NCBI GenBank assembly: GCA_038087875.1
Contig: JAXLNO010000104.1
Span: 62,001-126,000, forward strand
Reading direction: 5' to 3'
Origin: Malacoraja senta
Taxonomy: Eukaryota
DNA length: 64,000 nt
The position numbers and the translations under genes were made by a program. Positions 51,377-63,713 of this stretch are shown here, piece by piece. Positions within the stretch are counted from its first letter, which is position 1; each line of letters begins with the position of its first letter. The notes under the pieces were generated by a model. It was not told the DNA's origin. It made no database searches and saw nothing but the letters and a program-made list of their open reading frames with translations.

Positions 51377-51720
51377 AGGGAGGTTGCACGGCTGTCGAGG
51401 TCACGACCCATGACCCGTACTGTTGCCATGCAACGCCAACTGGAGTACACGCGGTGAACTGCAGGTAAGCACTCAACATGGCTTCCAGCGTAGCGAGCCC
51501 GTCCTCTGCCCCCCGTATCCGTTCAATTGTCGCAGAATGCCTCAAATCTCGCAGCTGAGGAGTACGAACAATATGTCCAAAAAGTCTCCTTAAATGGTAT
51601 TGATCATTATTTAGTGCCTGAAGCTGAGAGATCCCATGACATCTCCCAACTGCCAGAACTTAATTCCATGGACATCATGGCCTACCTCATCTCAACGCCC
51701 AGTCCATACACAGCAAAGAA
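51377..51720 (+). mobile_element. ISL2EU/KolobokP-type DNA transposon left end with the start of a SWIM-nuclease gene
   Basis: AT|AGGGAGGTTGCACGG terminus; ATG at 51478; YVQKVSLNGIDHY...DIMAYLISTPSPYT; a similar inverted terminus ends at 53491. Confidence 0.6.
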
Positions 51721-51800
51721 TTTTCTGCCCAATACTTTCCCATTAAGAATGTCCTGTAGATTCCATTTCTTAACAAAAGGATTTTTTTTAAAAAGCCTTA

Positions 51801-52316
51801 AGGGCCTGTCCCACCAGCATGCGATTGCATGCGTCTAGCGCGACCAAACGTGGTGGATTGAGGCGTACGGAGTCGTCTGGAGTTGTGCGGGGCTGGTCCC
51901 GACATCATAATCACCAATCAGCTGGGCAAGAGGCGGGCCGACTGAGTTTGGACGTCGCACGGCGTCGGGCGGTGACGTCATTATGCAACGGCACGCCGGG
52001 CGGTAACGCCATCGCGCAATGCCACGCGCTAGGTGTACGCCGTCAAGACGCTGCATACGACGTCAAGGCGCTGCGTACGCCCGTCGAGGCGCTGCGTACG
52101 GCCTCAATGCAGCTGCGGGCCGACAGGCCGTTGTCGCGCGGGATTTTCGGACAGTGCAAGATTTTTGGAGCCCCGCGCGATGTCGGGACCAGCCCCGCAC
52201 AACTCCATACGCCTACGGCGATCGAAGTGGGACTGGCCCCGCGAGGCCGTACGCGTCAAGCGACCACGTTCGGTCGCGCTAGGTGCATTCTATCGCATGC
52301 TGGTGGGACAGGCCCT
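51801..52316. mobile_element. Intact PIF/Harbinger MITE
   Basis: TIR AGGGCCTGTCCCACCAGCATGCGAT / ATCGCATGCTGGTGGGACAGGCCCT; TTA TSD at 51798-800 and 52317-19; CpG-rich. Confidence 0.9.
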
Positions 52317-53493
52317 TTAGTATCCAAATAACAAACTAATCCCATTCACACAGGAATTCACAATATAACATGATTTTTAAATTTCACTGTCATGAATTTA
52401 TATGCCAGGTGGAAGGAATTTAATGTTTAATTCCCATAAATTAATCAGAAACATCCCCTCAAAATATAATCAAAATTATTGTTTTTTGCAAAATACACGT
52501 GACTCAAACTGTTGTGAATATTTAATTAAAAAATAATGATCATGGAGAGAGAATAACACCAAATATAGACAATTTGGACGGCTTATAACATGATTGTCCA
52601 AAGAAAATGGTCATTTTAATCATCATGCTTCTGGAACGCGATCGATTGGAACGTTGCATTTGCGTTGAATTTGAACACCATATCGGCAGGAAAAACACTG
52701 CCGGTTCGTATGGGGCCCAAATAAAATGTTAGCAACGTAAAATTAGATTAAAGCCATCTCAAGAAGCAAGATTATATGTAAAATATATGACTTACCCTTT
52801 GTTTTTTCCCGTTCTTGCGATCCGTCACGTTGTAGGCGTTGAGTGCGTTCGAAGTCGCCTTTTATTTTGATCCAAATATTAAATTGTCCAGCTAATTTTT
52901 TTTTAAATATAGCGTGAACGAAATTCCGATCCATTTTTCATCAGCAGCTAGCAGCCCGAGGAAGTCCACCTCAGACAGGCAGTACAAAACGGCATTTTAA
53001 TCCCGCCCCCACCACCTCAAAGGCGCCAAAGTCGCGCACACGGCCAGTGGCAGAACTGCAGTGCCGCTGAAGGTAAGTATTGTAACATTGCTACTATGTG
53101 TCCATGGAACAGAATCCAGCAGATCATGCTACACGATCTGTTTCTGCATGTCATTTGATGGACACCAACTGGTTCACTGTTCCTAAGTTCCTGCTCAGTA
53201 TCCAACACTGTCTCCCCGAGTCTAACTATGACCTCGTAGATGCTAATGCAGATACAGAAGTTCGCCTTTAAGTGTCCACCTTAAACACTGTAGCTTTCAC
53301 CAAACAACTTGGTTCACATCTTTATTTTGTTGATATTTTCCAGGTAAGAACGTCGAATGAAATTTTGAATAGCGGTAGTACGTGTTGCGTGAGTGACGAG
53401 TGTATGCCGGAGGCTTGCTTGTCCTCCCGTACGCTTGAGCGACTCCGTGGGTCACACACAATGACCTTCTGATCTACCGTGCAATCGCCCTAT

Positions 53494-54105
53494 AGATATT
53501 GAGTGGATAAGATGCCCATTCAACATCAATCAATCAGTGCCAAAAGGTCTGTCACAAACAGAAGCAGAACAACTTTTGGAATTAGCTTCTGATGGATTCT
53601 TAAAAAACTAATATAAAGAGAACACATTATCTTCATTTTAGTTACAAACACAAAATGAATTTCCAGAATTATCAGATAAAGCCCTAAAGTTAATTTTTCG
53701 ATTTCCAAGCTCATACCTGTGTGAAGTTGGATTTTCTGCTCTTGTGGACGTTAATTCAAAGAAGAGGAACCACATATTAGATGTCAAACCGCAACTGAGG
53801 TTCAAATTAACAAGTACAGAGCCAAATTTTGCCTACATTTTTCCCAACATATGCAATTTCATCCTTCACATTGATGATAAATTATTTTAATTAAAGATTT
53901 ATTTAATGGATACCTTATTAATTTTATTCTAGTAATTATACATTATATTATAGAAAACCTTTGTTTACATGCATACCTTGATCCAAAATAAAAATGTATG
54001 CAATTTTTTACGACTTTTGCAATGAAATACAATTCTTTTTAACGAGGGGTACAAGATGAAACTTTATGAAGGGGTACACGGGTATCAAAACTTTGGGAAT
54101 CACTG
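53494..54105 (+). mobile_element. hAT-Charlie transposon 3' part
   Basis: EWIRCPFN...EFPELSDKALK..FPSSYLCEVGFSAL..SKKRN dimerization domain; right TIR TTTGGGAATCACTG followed by the GTCTAGAC target. Confidence 0.85.
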
Positions 54106-56030
54106 GTCTAGACAAACTCCTACATATGAGAGACACAGTATTTTCTAGACTAATAGACTATGGATATAATATTAATATTAAAAATCAGTCTTTATAAGGT
54201 CCAAAGTGACCATTCTAGGACTCAAAATGACTGGCGACGGTAGAGGACTAACAGAAGAGTTTCAGGAAAAAATCACTAATATAGGACACCCTATATATCC
54301 TATATTAGTACTCAAAAAACTTACAGGCTGCCTTAGGCCTGTTAAATTTTGGAAGGATCTTTGTCCCGTCCTTTGCAGAACTTTCCCAGCCGTTATACAA
54401 AATAATTGGGGATGGTAGTCGAACAGAAAATGTCCATTTCATGGCCCACGACTATGAGGCCTGGAAGAAATTAGCAGCTGCAGTACAGACAGCAATAGAC
54501 CTATAACAGAGGGATGTGTCAGTTCCATTAATTGTCCAATTATTAGTGGGACAACAGACCGGGGTAGCGACCTTTTCCAACAAAGGAGATAAAGAGCCAG
54601 TAGGGTTCTACTCCTATAATTTCTCTACAGTCAAACAAAAATTTAAGTTAAAAGAAAACATTTTTGCATTAGCAATGCAGGCATAACAAAAGGCCTGACC
54701 TTTCTGGAGATCATAAAATCAAAATGCACACTAATATCCCCGACCAGCGAAGTACAATCAGCATGTCTGTACAACACAGACATGCTACCAATGGACAGAC
54801 CTCCTCTTAGATGAAACCTTATAATGGAAATATAATTACGATTTGATTGACATTCTCTATTTGCCACCAGCAGCTGATAATACTTTTGAAACTATACAGT
54901 TAGACATACCACATACACTTTCTCTCGAACAATATGAAGTAGTCATTTACTGTGATGGCTCATCTCCATCATGTAGAATTAAAGGAGAAGGCATTAAATC
55001 TTGTGCTGGAGCTGGGGTGATAATAGGAAGATTCTTATCCCCCACAGTTTTCAAAAGTGTAAAGACCCGACAAATAGGTCTGGGACATCATTCTGCACAA
55101 TATGCAGAGGTTCAGGCGGTGATCTTGGCAATTGCAAGAGCCCAGATTACACCCGAGAAAAATATTTTAATTTGTTGTTTATTCGTAAAGCTATTTTCAT
55201 GTCTGGCTGTGGCGGCTTTGGCAGTCCGGAGTCGCCTTCCAGAGGGAATGCTTCAAAGAGTTTGTGGCCAGGGTGAGAGGGGTCAGAGATGATCTTACCC
55301 ACTCGCTTCCTGGCCCTTGCAGTGTACAGTTCGTCAATGGGGGGGGGAGTTTGCAGCCAACAACCTTCTCAGCTGAACGAACGATTCACTGCTGCCTCCG
55401 GATGTCGTGTTTGGTGGCTGAGCCAAACCAGACCATGATGGAGAAGGTGAGGAAAGACTCTACGATGGCAATATAGAATTGGACCATCATTGCCTGTGGC
55501 AGTGATGGTCCAATTCCAAGGAAATAAAATGGATCTTACTCTATGGCAACATAATGGCTTTACAAACCTTGGCTCAAAAGCAATGCTGAAGACTGGAAAG
55601 AATTGGCAACAATACAAAAGACCTATCCACATTTAGAGATAATCCATGTAGAAGCCCACACAAAAAAGGGGATTCATGCATACGGGAATAACCTGGCAGA
55701 CCAAATGGCAAAAATTGCTGTCTCCTTAACACCAAACATGACAAAGGTGTGTGTAGTCACAAGAACACAGAGACGATAAAACCAAGATTTGGTTCTCAAG
55801 CAGCTAATGGATCAAAACACCCCGCTATCCCGCCAGATATACATAGAGCAAAGACCCAGATGGAAAGATTGTGCACAACCTTCCCATCAAAGGGTTACAG
55901 CTGATGCCTTCCATATGAGACATAATTGGTTTATCACAAGAAGCACACCAAGGCTTGGGCATGGCACATAATGGATTACATGCCATGATGGCCCCTTCAC
56001 AAATGTGCTATTGGTGGCCAGGTTTGAAAT
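54106..56030 (+). mobile_element. pol: Endogenous foamy-virus-like (Spumaretrovirinae-related) pol fragment
   Basis: Across frames: LGLKMTGDGRGLTEEFQEKI, LGLLNFGRIFVPSFAELSQPLY, EQYEVVIYCDGS, LGHHSAQYAEV, LWQHNGF, GIHAYGNNLADQMA, YPARYT, EAHQGLGMAHNG...YWWPGLK. Confidence 0.8.
55175..55500 (-). mobile_element. Rex1 3' fragment inserted into the foamy-like RNase H
   Basis: Reverse complement encodes HPGHKLFEA..PSGRRLR..K; the RNase H frame resumes at about 55501. Confidence 0.7.
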
Positions 56031-56380
56031 CTTTCGATTTAATTTATTTGAAATTTATAGGTCCCTTGCCAAACCAGCATCTGCAGTTTCTCTTAAACAT
56101 ATTGTCCTCTTAAACATATTGTCCACTCCACTGCGAAATCTACTCAAGGTATGTCTACTTTGAAGTTTTCCTCCTCTGTCCGATAAGAGTTCAGCAACAT
56201 CCTCTCTCACTGCTCCCCCTCTGTTATTCCTCCTTCCCTCCGACTCTACGACCACGTCGTAACCCAGATCCGTTACCACACCATGTTTGTTTTCTCGGGA
56301 CTTGCCTGTGCATCCATCTTTTACCTTGTGGATTCCAGCTCCGGTTCCAGACATCCCAGTTCAGACCCAACCCAGACTAT

Positions 56381-57375
56381 AGAGAGGTTGCACGGCTGTC
56401 GAGGTCACAACCCGTGACCTGTACTGTTGCCACGCAACGTCAACTGGAGTACACGCGGTGAACTGCAGGTAAGCACTCACCATGGCTTCCAGTGTAGCGA
56501 GCCCGTCCTCTGCCCCCGTATCCGTTCAATTGTCGCAGTATGCCTCAAATCTCACAGCTGAGTACGAATAATATGTCCAAAAAGTCTCCTTGAATGGTAT
56601 TGATCATTATTTAGTGCCTGAAACTGAGACATCCCATGACATCTCCCAACTGCCAGAACCTAATTCCATGGACATCATGGCCTACCTCATCTCAACGCCC
56701 CGTTCATACACAGCAAAGAATGTTCAGGCCAACAAGTCATCTGAGGCTTACAATCAGTTTGCTAATGGTTGGTTACATGACACTAGTGTATACATCGCAA
56801 ATAATTCTCCAGACTTACGAGTGGTGTGTGGAAAAGTAAGTTTTCTATCATTATGCTATTACTTACTTATGTTATTTATGCTATTACTTATTGGAAGCTA
56901 TTTTAACACTTTTTCTTTTTCTTTTCAATTATCCTCGTACCACAGATTCTGCACTCACAAGCTGTCGGCGTGAATTCTAAGCCATTGATGCCGTGGGTTA
57001 TTGGGACAAATGGCCAGATATACAGTGCCCACTGTGATTGCAAGGCAGGGCTCGGAGTAGTTTGTACCCATGTAGTGACGGTTCTCTTTGGTATTGACAC
57101 TGGAGTACGGATTAGTGAGAAGACAACAGTCACCCAGGTCAAAGCATATTGGATGGAGCCAACGAGAAAGCAGGTTAAAGCTGCGCCTGTCAGCAAAGTT
57201 AACTTCTCTTCAGCAGCACAGAAGAAAAGATGGCTTGATGCTACCATAGATGGGACTGAGCCGGAACAGCAACAAGCCAGATATGAAGCTCCATCAGTGT
57301 CATCCGCTTCTTGTCGAGCATCGGAGTTGCTGCAGGACAAAGTAGTGAGTGGACTTTTGTTAGGCCTGTCCCCGA
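56381..57375 (+). mobile_element. Second ISL2EU/KolobokP-type left end with an intron-containing SWIM zinc-finger gene (truncated)
   Basis: Exon 56482-56835 (one TAA); GT-AG intron 56836-56945; exon ILHSQ...PWVI...AHCDCKAGLGVVCTHV...TVTQVKAYW. Confidence 0.7.
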
Positions 57376-57810
57376 CAGGCACGTGCCATCAGGATAGGCA
57401 AGGTAGGCATTGCCTACCCTGACTAAAATTATAAAATGGTCATTATTAAATATAAATAGTAAAGGCACGGGAGAATTATGCCTACCTAAGAGATCGATCT
57501 CTTCGGTAGGTATAATTCTCCCATGCCTTTCATCCGCAGTACATGTAATACGTGAAAGTATGTGCAGCTCACGTGCCGTCGACGCTGCTTCAAACCTTCA
57601 ATGACAAGGGGAGCTGAATCTAGCTGAAATTCTGCCTTTACACAGTGGTCTGCGCATGCGCAGCGCAAGTTTCTTGGCGGGTTTTTCAAACATGGATCGT
57701 CCTTATCTTAAGAGTATCTTATGAAACAAAGAGAGAAGAACGTAGTTAGTGTACAAATAATGTGGTAAGCAGATTTCTTTGAGCTTTATGTTTTTAAATA
57801 CCGTATTTCC
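57376..57810 (+). mobile_element. hAT-like MITE fragment with an internal palindrome
   Basis: Starts CAGGCACGTGCC..TAGGCAAGGTAGGCATTGCCTA; palindrome at 57461-57530. Confidence 0.6.
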
Positions 57811-58004
57811 GGCAATGAAGACGCTATTGTTTACCCAAAAATAAGGCACGACAATTTACCTGCAGGCCGAAGGTTAGGTTTGTTAGCCAAGAAAGATAGA
57901 CTTGGCTGTTCCTCAGTACAGCAACATCAAGAACGATGTTGCTGTACTGAGGGATAGCCAAGTCTATCCCTCATTGCTGGCAGCTGATTGGAAGCGGCTG
58001 TAAA

Positions 58005-58465
58005 GTGGGAAGTGGTCGTAAAAGGACAGCGCTGATGGGGGTTCCAATACCGAAAGGGGCTGCTCCTTGCCTTCTGGCTGCACTTCACACCCACCATCCT
58101 CATCTTTGGACAAACTGTGCGTGGGGCCGAAGATGTCCTAGTTGGATTGTTCATAGGGCTGGTCAAGCTGGACATCCACAAGGCCCAGCACCAGGTGGAA
58201 GAGGGCTCTACCCGAGCCTGCTAGCTGCCCCTTTTACGGCATCACGTCCATGCCCGGTTAGTTTTAGAAAGGGACTACACGTTGTCCACGGGCTCCCTGG
58301 GGGATTTCTGGGACCACTGAGCACCGCGGGACGAGGAATGCACCCTCAATAAGGATGGTGATAGTTGTATAGTAGTATATTCAGTATATTTGTTTGACCT
58401 GTATTATGGTGGTGGGTTTTGATTTGATTTATTTTGTACTGTACATATTATTGTAAATAATTAAA
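58005..58465 (+). mobile_element. Tx1/L1-type LINE 3' fragment
   Basis: AEDVLVGLFIGLVKLDIH-like C-terminus, T-rich 3' UTR and A tail. Confidence 0.65.
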
Positions 58466-58986
58466 TTATTTTTGGTTAAAAAAACTGTTCTGTTGAATCA
58501 GCGTACAAAAGAGAGAGAGAATATCTGGTTGAGTGTTGTCAGCATTAATTTGAACATTAAAAAGGATTTTAATGTAGTTGCTGCAAATCTGAAACCTTTC
58601 ACACACAAACACAATAGACTTCCTTGTGCAGAGTTTAGTTTAGTTTAGAGATACAGCACAGAAACAGGCCCTTCGCCCCACCGAGTCCACACAAGCCAGC
58701 AATCCCCGAACATCAACACACTAGTTACAATTTTTACATTTATACCAAGCCAGCTAACCTACAAACATGTACATCTTTGGAATGTGGGAGGAAACCGAAG
58801 ATCTAGGAGAAAACCCACGCAGCTCATGGGGAAAAGGTACAAACTCCGTATGGACAAGCATCCGTAATCAGGATCGAACCCAGGTCTCTGGCGCAGTAAG
58901 GCAGTAGCTCTACCGCTACACCCACGTGACACCTTTATTTAATAGTCCACAAAATGCAAGTTACTGTCAAATTATTATCAAGGGAG

Positions 58987-59081
58987 AAAATGTGGTATGT
59001 GCCTCCTAAAATGTGGTGTGTGCCTCCTAAAATGTGGTGTGTGCCTCCTAAAATGTGGTGTGTGCCTCCTAAAATGTGGTG
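58987..59081. repeat. 21-bp tandem repeat, about 4.5 copies
   Basis: AAAATGTGGTGTGTGCCTCCT units. Confidence 0.95.
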
Positions 59082-60419
59082 TCACTCTCATAGGAATCTG
59101 AGGGGTAACTTTATCACACAAAGGGCTATGGGTGTATGGAACGAGCTGCCAGAAGAGGTAGTTGAGACTGGGACTATCCCAACATTTAAGAAACTGTTAG
59201 ACAGGTACATGGATAGGACTGATGTGGAGGGATATGGACCAAACACAGGCAGGTGGGACTAATGTAGCTGGGACATGTTGGCTGGTGTGAGCAAGTTGGG
59301 CAGAAGGGCCTGTTTCCACACTGTATCACTCTATAATCTTTAGACAATTAAATAGTTCATGTCCAGCATTCAGCTGAATCTGGATGACATTCAGCGTAGA
59401 CTAAACAGTGGCAAGTAACATTCACACACAGAAGAATCAAAGATCAGCTCCAAAAATGGAGAATCGAACCGCATATAGATGATGTTCATTCGCATTAGCA
59501 TTGCCAAGTCACACCAACATTCTGGGGTCGCCACTGGCCAGAACTCAACTAGATCAAACACAATTACTGTGGCTACAAGAGCTGGTCAGGGATTGTAATA
59601 ACCCATCTACTCATGTCCCGAAGTTTTCAACCAGATGCAAGGCAGGAGCTTGATAGGATTCTATCCATTTGCATCAATTAATGCATCTCCAACAGCATTC
59701 CCATAGTTGAGATCATTATTCAAAGCAGCCCACCTGTTTTGCATTCCACTGAAACAAGATAGATATTCTTTCCCCCACACCTCCATTGTGCTAGGACTAG
59801 CTTTTATAACTCACTTGCCGGTCAAGAAGTCAACAGGACATTATCACATGTACTACGAGGCAGGTGCTCTCTCTTTAGTGAGATGATGAAGGGAGCCAAG
59901 AGGCCATCTCCACTTAAAAACAGATCTCTGCCGCAATGATGCCTTTCGAAGTTCACTCTAGTGCACAAGCATGTAGGTAAAGTGTGGCACCCAGGGAAGA
60001 CTTTGTTCTTAAAAACAAATAGCATGGAGAAATGATTTGTAAGAACCAATAAACAATTGGGAAAATACCACAGCTGAGAAAGGTGGGTATAGGATCAGGA
60101 ACATTCAGGAGTTAATATACAAAACCAAAGTATCAAATAGAATGGAAGCAGAGGATCATTGGGATTATTTCTACGCAAAAACGGAAGCCAGAGGGAGAAG
60201 AGCCATCTTGCTGGAAGTAATAGTCTGCTTTTTAACAAGAAAAAGGTTTTAAAAACCGGTGGGAAGAGTTGCAGTTTTTCAGAATTGCTGATTGTGGAGG
60301 CAGAACATAAGTGTGAAGCAGGTGTCTGACAGGCTTGTCTAGAGGGGGAGGGGGGAGAAAACAAAGCCTGGCAAGTGATCTAAAAGCATTTAGATCACTG
60401 GCAAGTGATTAAAAAGCAT

Positions 60420-61655
60420 TGAAGAGGTTACTCGGAAATTGATGAGGGTAAAGCCGTGGATGTTGTATATATGGACTTCAGTAAGGCCTTTGACAAGGTT
60501 CCTCACGGAAGGTTGGTTAAGAAGGTTCAATTGTTGGGTATTAATGGTGGAGTAGAAAGATGGATTCAACAGTGGCTGAATGGGAGATGCCAGAGGGTAA
60601 TGGTGGATGGTTGTTTGTCAGGTTCGAGGCCAGTGACTAGTGGGGTGCCACAGGGATCTGTGTTGGGTCCACTGTTGTTTGTCATGTACATCAATGATGT
60701 GGATGATGGTGTGGTAATTGGATTAGTAAGTATGCAGATGATACTAAGATAGGTGGGGCTGTGGATAATGAAGTAGATTTTCAAAGTCTACAGAGAGATT
60801 TATGCCGGTTGGAAGAGTGGGCTGAAAGATGGCAGATGGAGTTTAATGCTGATAATTGTGAGGTGCTACATCTTGGCAGGACAAATCAAAATAGGACGTA
60901 CATGGTAAATGGTAGGGAATTGAAGAATGCAGGTGAACAGAGGGATCTTGGAATAACTGTGCACAGTTCTCTGAAAGTGGAATCTCATGTAGATAGGGTG
61001 GTAAAGAAAGCTTTTGGTGTGCTGGCTTTTATAAATCAGAGCATTGAGTATAGAAGTTGGGATGTAATGTTAAAATTGTACAAGGCATTGGTGAGGCCAA
61101 TTCTGGAATATGGTGTACAATTTTGGTCACCTAATTATAGGAAGGATGTCAACAAAATAGAGACAGAGGAGATTTGCTAGAATGTTGCCTGGGTTTCAGC
61201 AACTAAGTTACAGAGAAAGGTTGAACAAGTTAGGGCTTTATTCTTTGGAGCGCAGAAGGTTAAGGGGGGACTTGATAGAGGTCTTTAAAATGATGAGAGG
61301 AATAGACAGAGTTGACGTGGATAAGCTTTTCCCACTGAGAGTAGGGAAGATTCAAACAAGGGGACATGACTTGAGAATTAAGGGACAGAAGTTTAGGGGT
61401 AACATGAGGGGGAACTTCTTTACTCAGAGAGTGGTGGCTGTGTGGAATGAGCTTCCAGTGAAGGTGGTGGAGGCAGGTTCGTTTTTATCATTTAAAAATA
61501 AATTGGATAGTTATATGGACGGGAAAGGAATGGAGGGTTATGGTCTGAGCACAGGTATATGGGACTAGAGGAGAATACGTGTTCGGCACGGTCTAGAAGG
61601 GTCGAGATGGCCTGTTTCCGTGCTGTAATTGTTATATGGTTATATTATATGGTTA
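60420..61655 (+). mobile_element. 5'-truncated CR1 LINE
   Basis: [34 protein letters not shown]; (TTATATGG)n tail. Confidence 0.9.
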
Positions 61656-62270
61656 TTTCAAGAGAATTAGAATATAAAACAGAGATGTAATGCTGTGGCT
61701 TTAGAAGGCACTGGTCAGACTGCATTTGGAGTATTGTGAGCAGTTTTGGGCCTAAATCTGAGGTGGGGGCTGGCTGTGCCAACATCCAGAGGTGGTTTAC
61801 GTGAATGATCCCGGGGACGATTGGGTTAACATATGAGCGTTTGACCACTCAAGACCTGTACTCACTGGAGTTAGGAAATACGAGAGAGGACCTCATTGAA
61901 ACTTACAGAATAATGATAGGCCTGGATAAGGTGGATGTGGAGAGGATGTTTCCACTAGTGAGATGGTCTCGGACCACAGGGCACAGCCTCGGAATATAAG
62001 GACATACCTATAGAAAGATAAGGATGAATTTCTTCAGTCAGAGAGTGGTGAATCTGGGGAATTCATTGCCATAGTTGGCTGTGGAGGCCATATCATTGTG
62101 TATACTTAAAGCAGAGATTGACATGTTCTTGATTAGGAAGGGTGTCAAAGGTTATGGGAGAAAGTAGGAAAATGGGGTCGAGAAGGAAAGATAGATGAGC
62201 CATGATTAAATGGCGGAGTAGACTCAATGGGGCGAATGGTTAAATAAACTCGATTGACTTATGAACTTGT
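61656..62270 (+). mobile_element. Older CR1 3' fragment
   Basis: LYSLE..REDLIETYRIM..GHSL. Confidence 0.8.
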
Positions 62271-63427
62271 AAATGTATTTTAAATCGATTGCTCAGGAAG
62301 GATACAAGTCACATTTACCACTCTGACGGTGACACAAAAACATCTAGGCTTTGCAAGTAAGGCAATTTGTAATGGGATAATTCGTTTAATTAAAGCAAAA
62401 GTGTTTTGCATACTTCTGGCAGGAGTATTTTGTGGTATTATCAGATGCTTGTAATCATGGGAAATATTAATGCAGTTTGTCACCCATGTTTGTATGCAAT
62501 TCTACAGTAGTTTTTAATGTCCAATGTTCCAATGACAGTCTAGAGTTGTCTACGACTTGTGTCTGAGTCCTGTCATTGGTTGGAATGACCAGTACCTAAA
62601 ACCAAGCATTCCACATCACCTCATTAGTGGAATCAATGCTACACTGCACGGTGTGCTACCTTAGCAACGGAGCAGGAACAGTAACCCAGCTCTCACCTCT
62701 AGAATTCCATGTAAACTAAATGGTACAATTATATGGGGGATGTTGGGACAGAGACCGCTTGCAGATGTACAAAGGCAATTTTTAACAATTGCAGAACAAG
62801 TTGGTTGAGTAGTCAGTTTAAAAAAGGAACACCGAACCTTTGGAACAGAGAAGCAAAGTATAAAAGCAAGGTATGCTACGTTTTTACAAATCTCTTCTGC
62901 ACAAGTCTGCTCGACTGCATTAAACAGCAAGAATGGTATCAAGATGAAAGGTTTCACTTACATGAAAAATCCAAAGAAAGTGGGATTGTCGTGCTTAGAG
63001 AAGGTTAAAAGGAGAGTTCATAGATCAGTCAGGTACATACGGTTCTTGCCAAAGGCATAAAGGTTTCCAACCAAGGGATACTGATTTAGTGAAAAAGAAT
63101 CAAGGCGATACTTTTGATCTATTACGTGAATAGCCAGGCATGTGTAAAGTATGCCTGGGAATCGCGAGACAATCCATTAATGACTTTGCTTGCCTGATTA
63201 CAATCATTCTTCATTACAGAAACTAAACAAGAATATGGCAAACTTGTTGTGCCTCAGCATTCCGTCCCTCCCTCCTGAATATAAAATTATATTCTGTGCC
63301 ATAAATACTTTTCTATATCTCAATTAGATGATCTGCACAACATCCCTCTTCAAAGCTATAAGCATAATCAATTTAGTTCCTCTAATATTTTTCTTGACAT
63401 TCAATTAGACAATGACAGAGCAGTACA

Positions 63428-63713
63428 CAGGCCGCCCTAGAGTAACAAATGTCCCACTTACGAGAAACCCATACATGCAGAAAAGCTCCAATACTAAATT
63501 CAAAAGTCCGATGTACATACATACGTTCATTTCTAGGAACATTCAAACTAGTTTTGTCTCTTTTAACAATTGTTCCTTCTTGTCAACATTATGTGTTTTT
63601 TAATGCCATTCATTACAAAATGGTAAACATAGTGATTTTTGTCTATTTTCTGACATGTACAGAAAATCAACATCTGTACGAATGGAATCCATTTGTTAGT
63701 CAGGGAAGGCCTG
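63428..63713. mobile_element. Tc1/mariner (Tigger-like) MITE
   Basis: Imperfect TIR CAGGCCGCCCTAGAGTAACAAAT / ATTTGTTAGTCAGGGAAGGCCTG. Confidence 0.6.

Noticed and set aside
51819..52331. 170-aa Arg/Ala-rich ORF
   Set aside because: Lies within a GC-rich Harbinger MITE; no transposase motifs.
58987..59081. CRISPR-like periodicity
   Set aside because: Contiguous identical 21-mers with no spacers, in a eukaryotic context.
62796..62870. AG/GT-bounded exon-like block
   Set aside because: No recognisable peptide and no partner exons.
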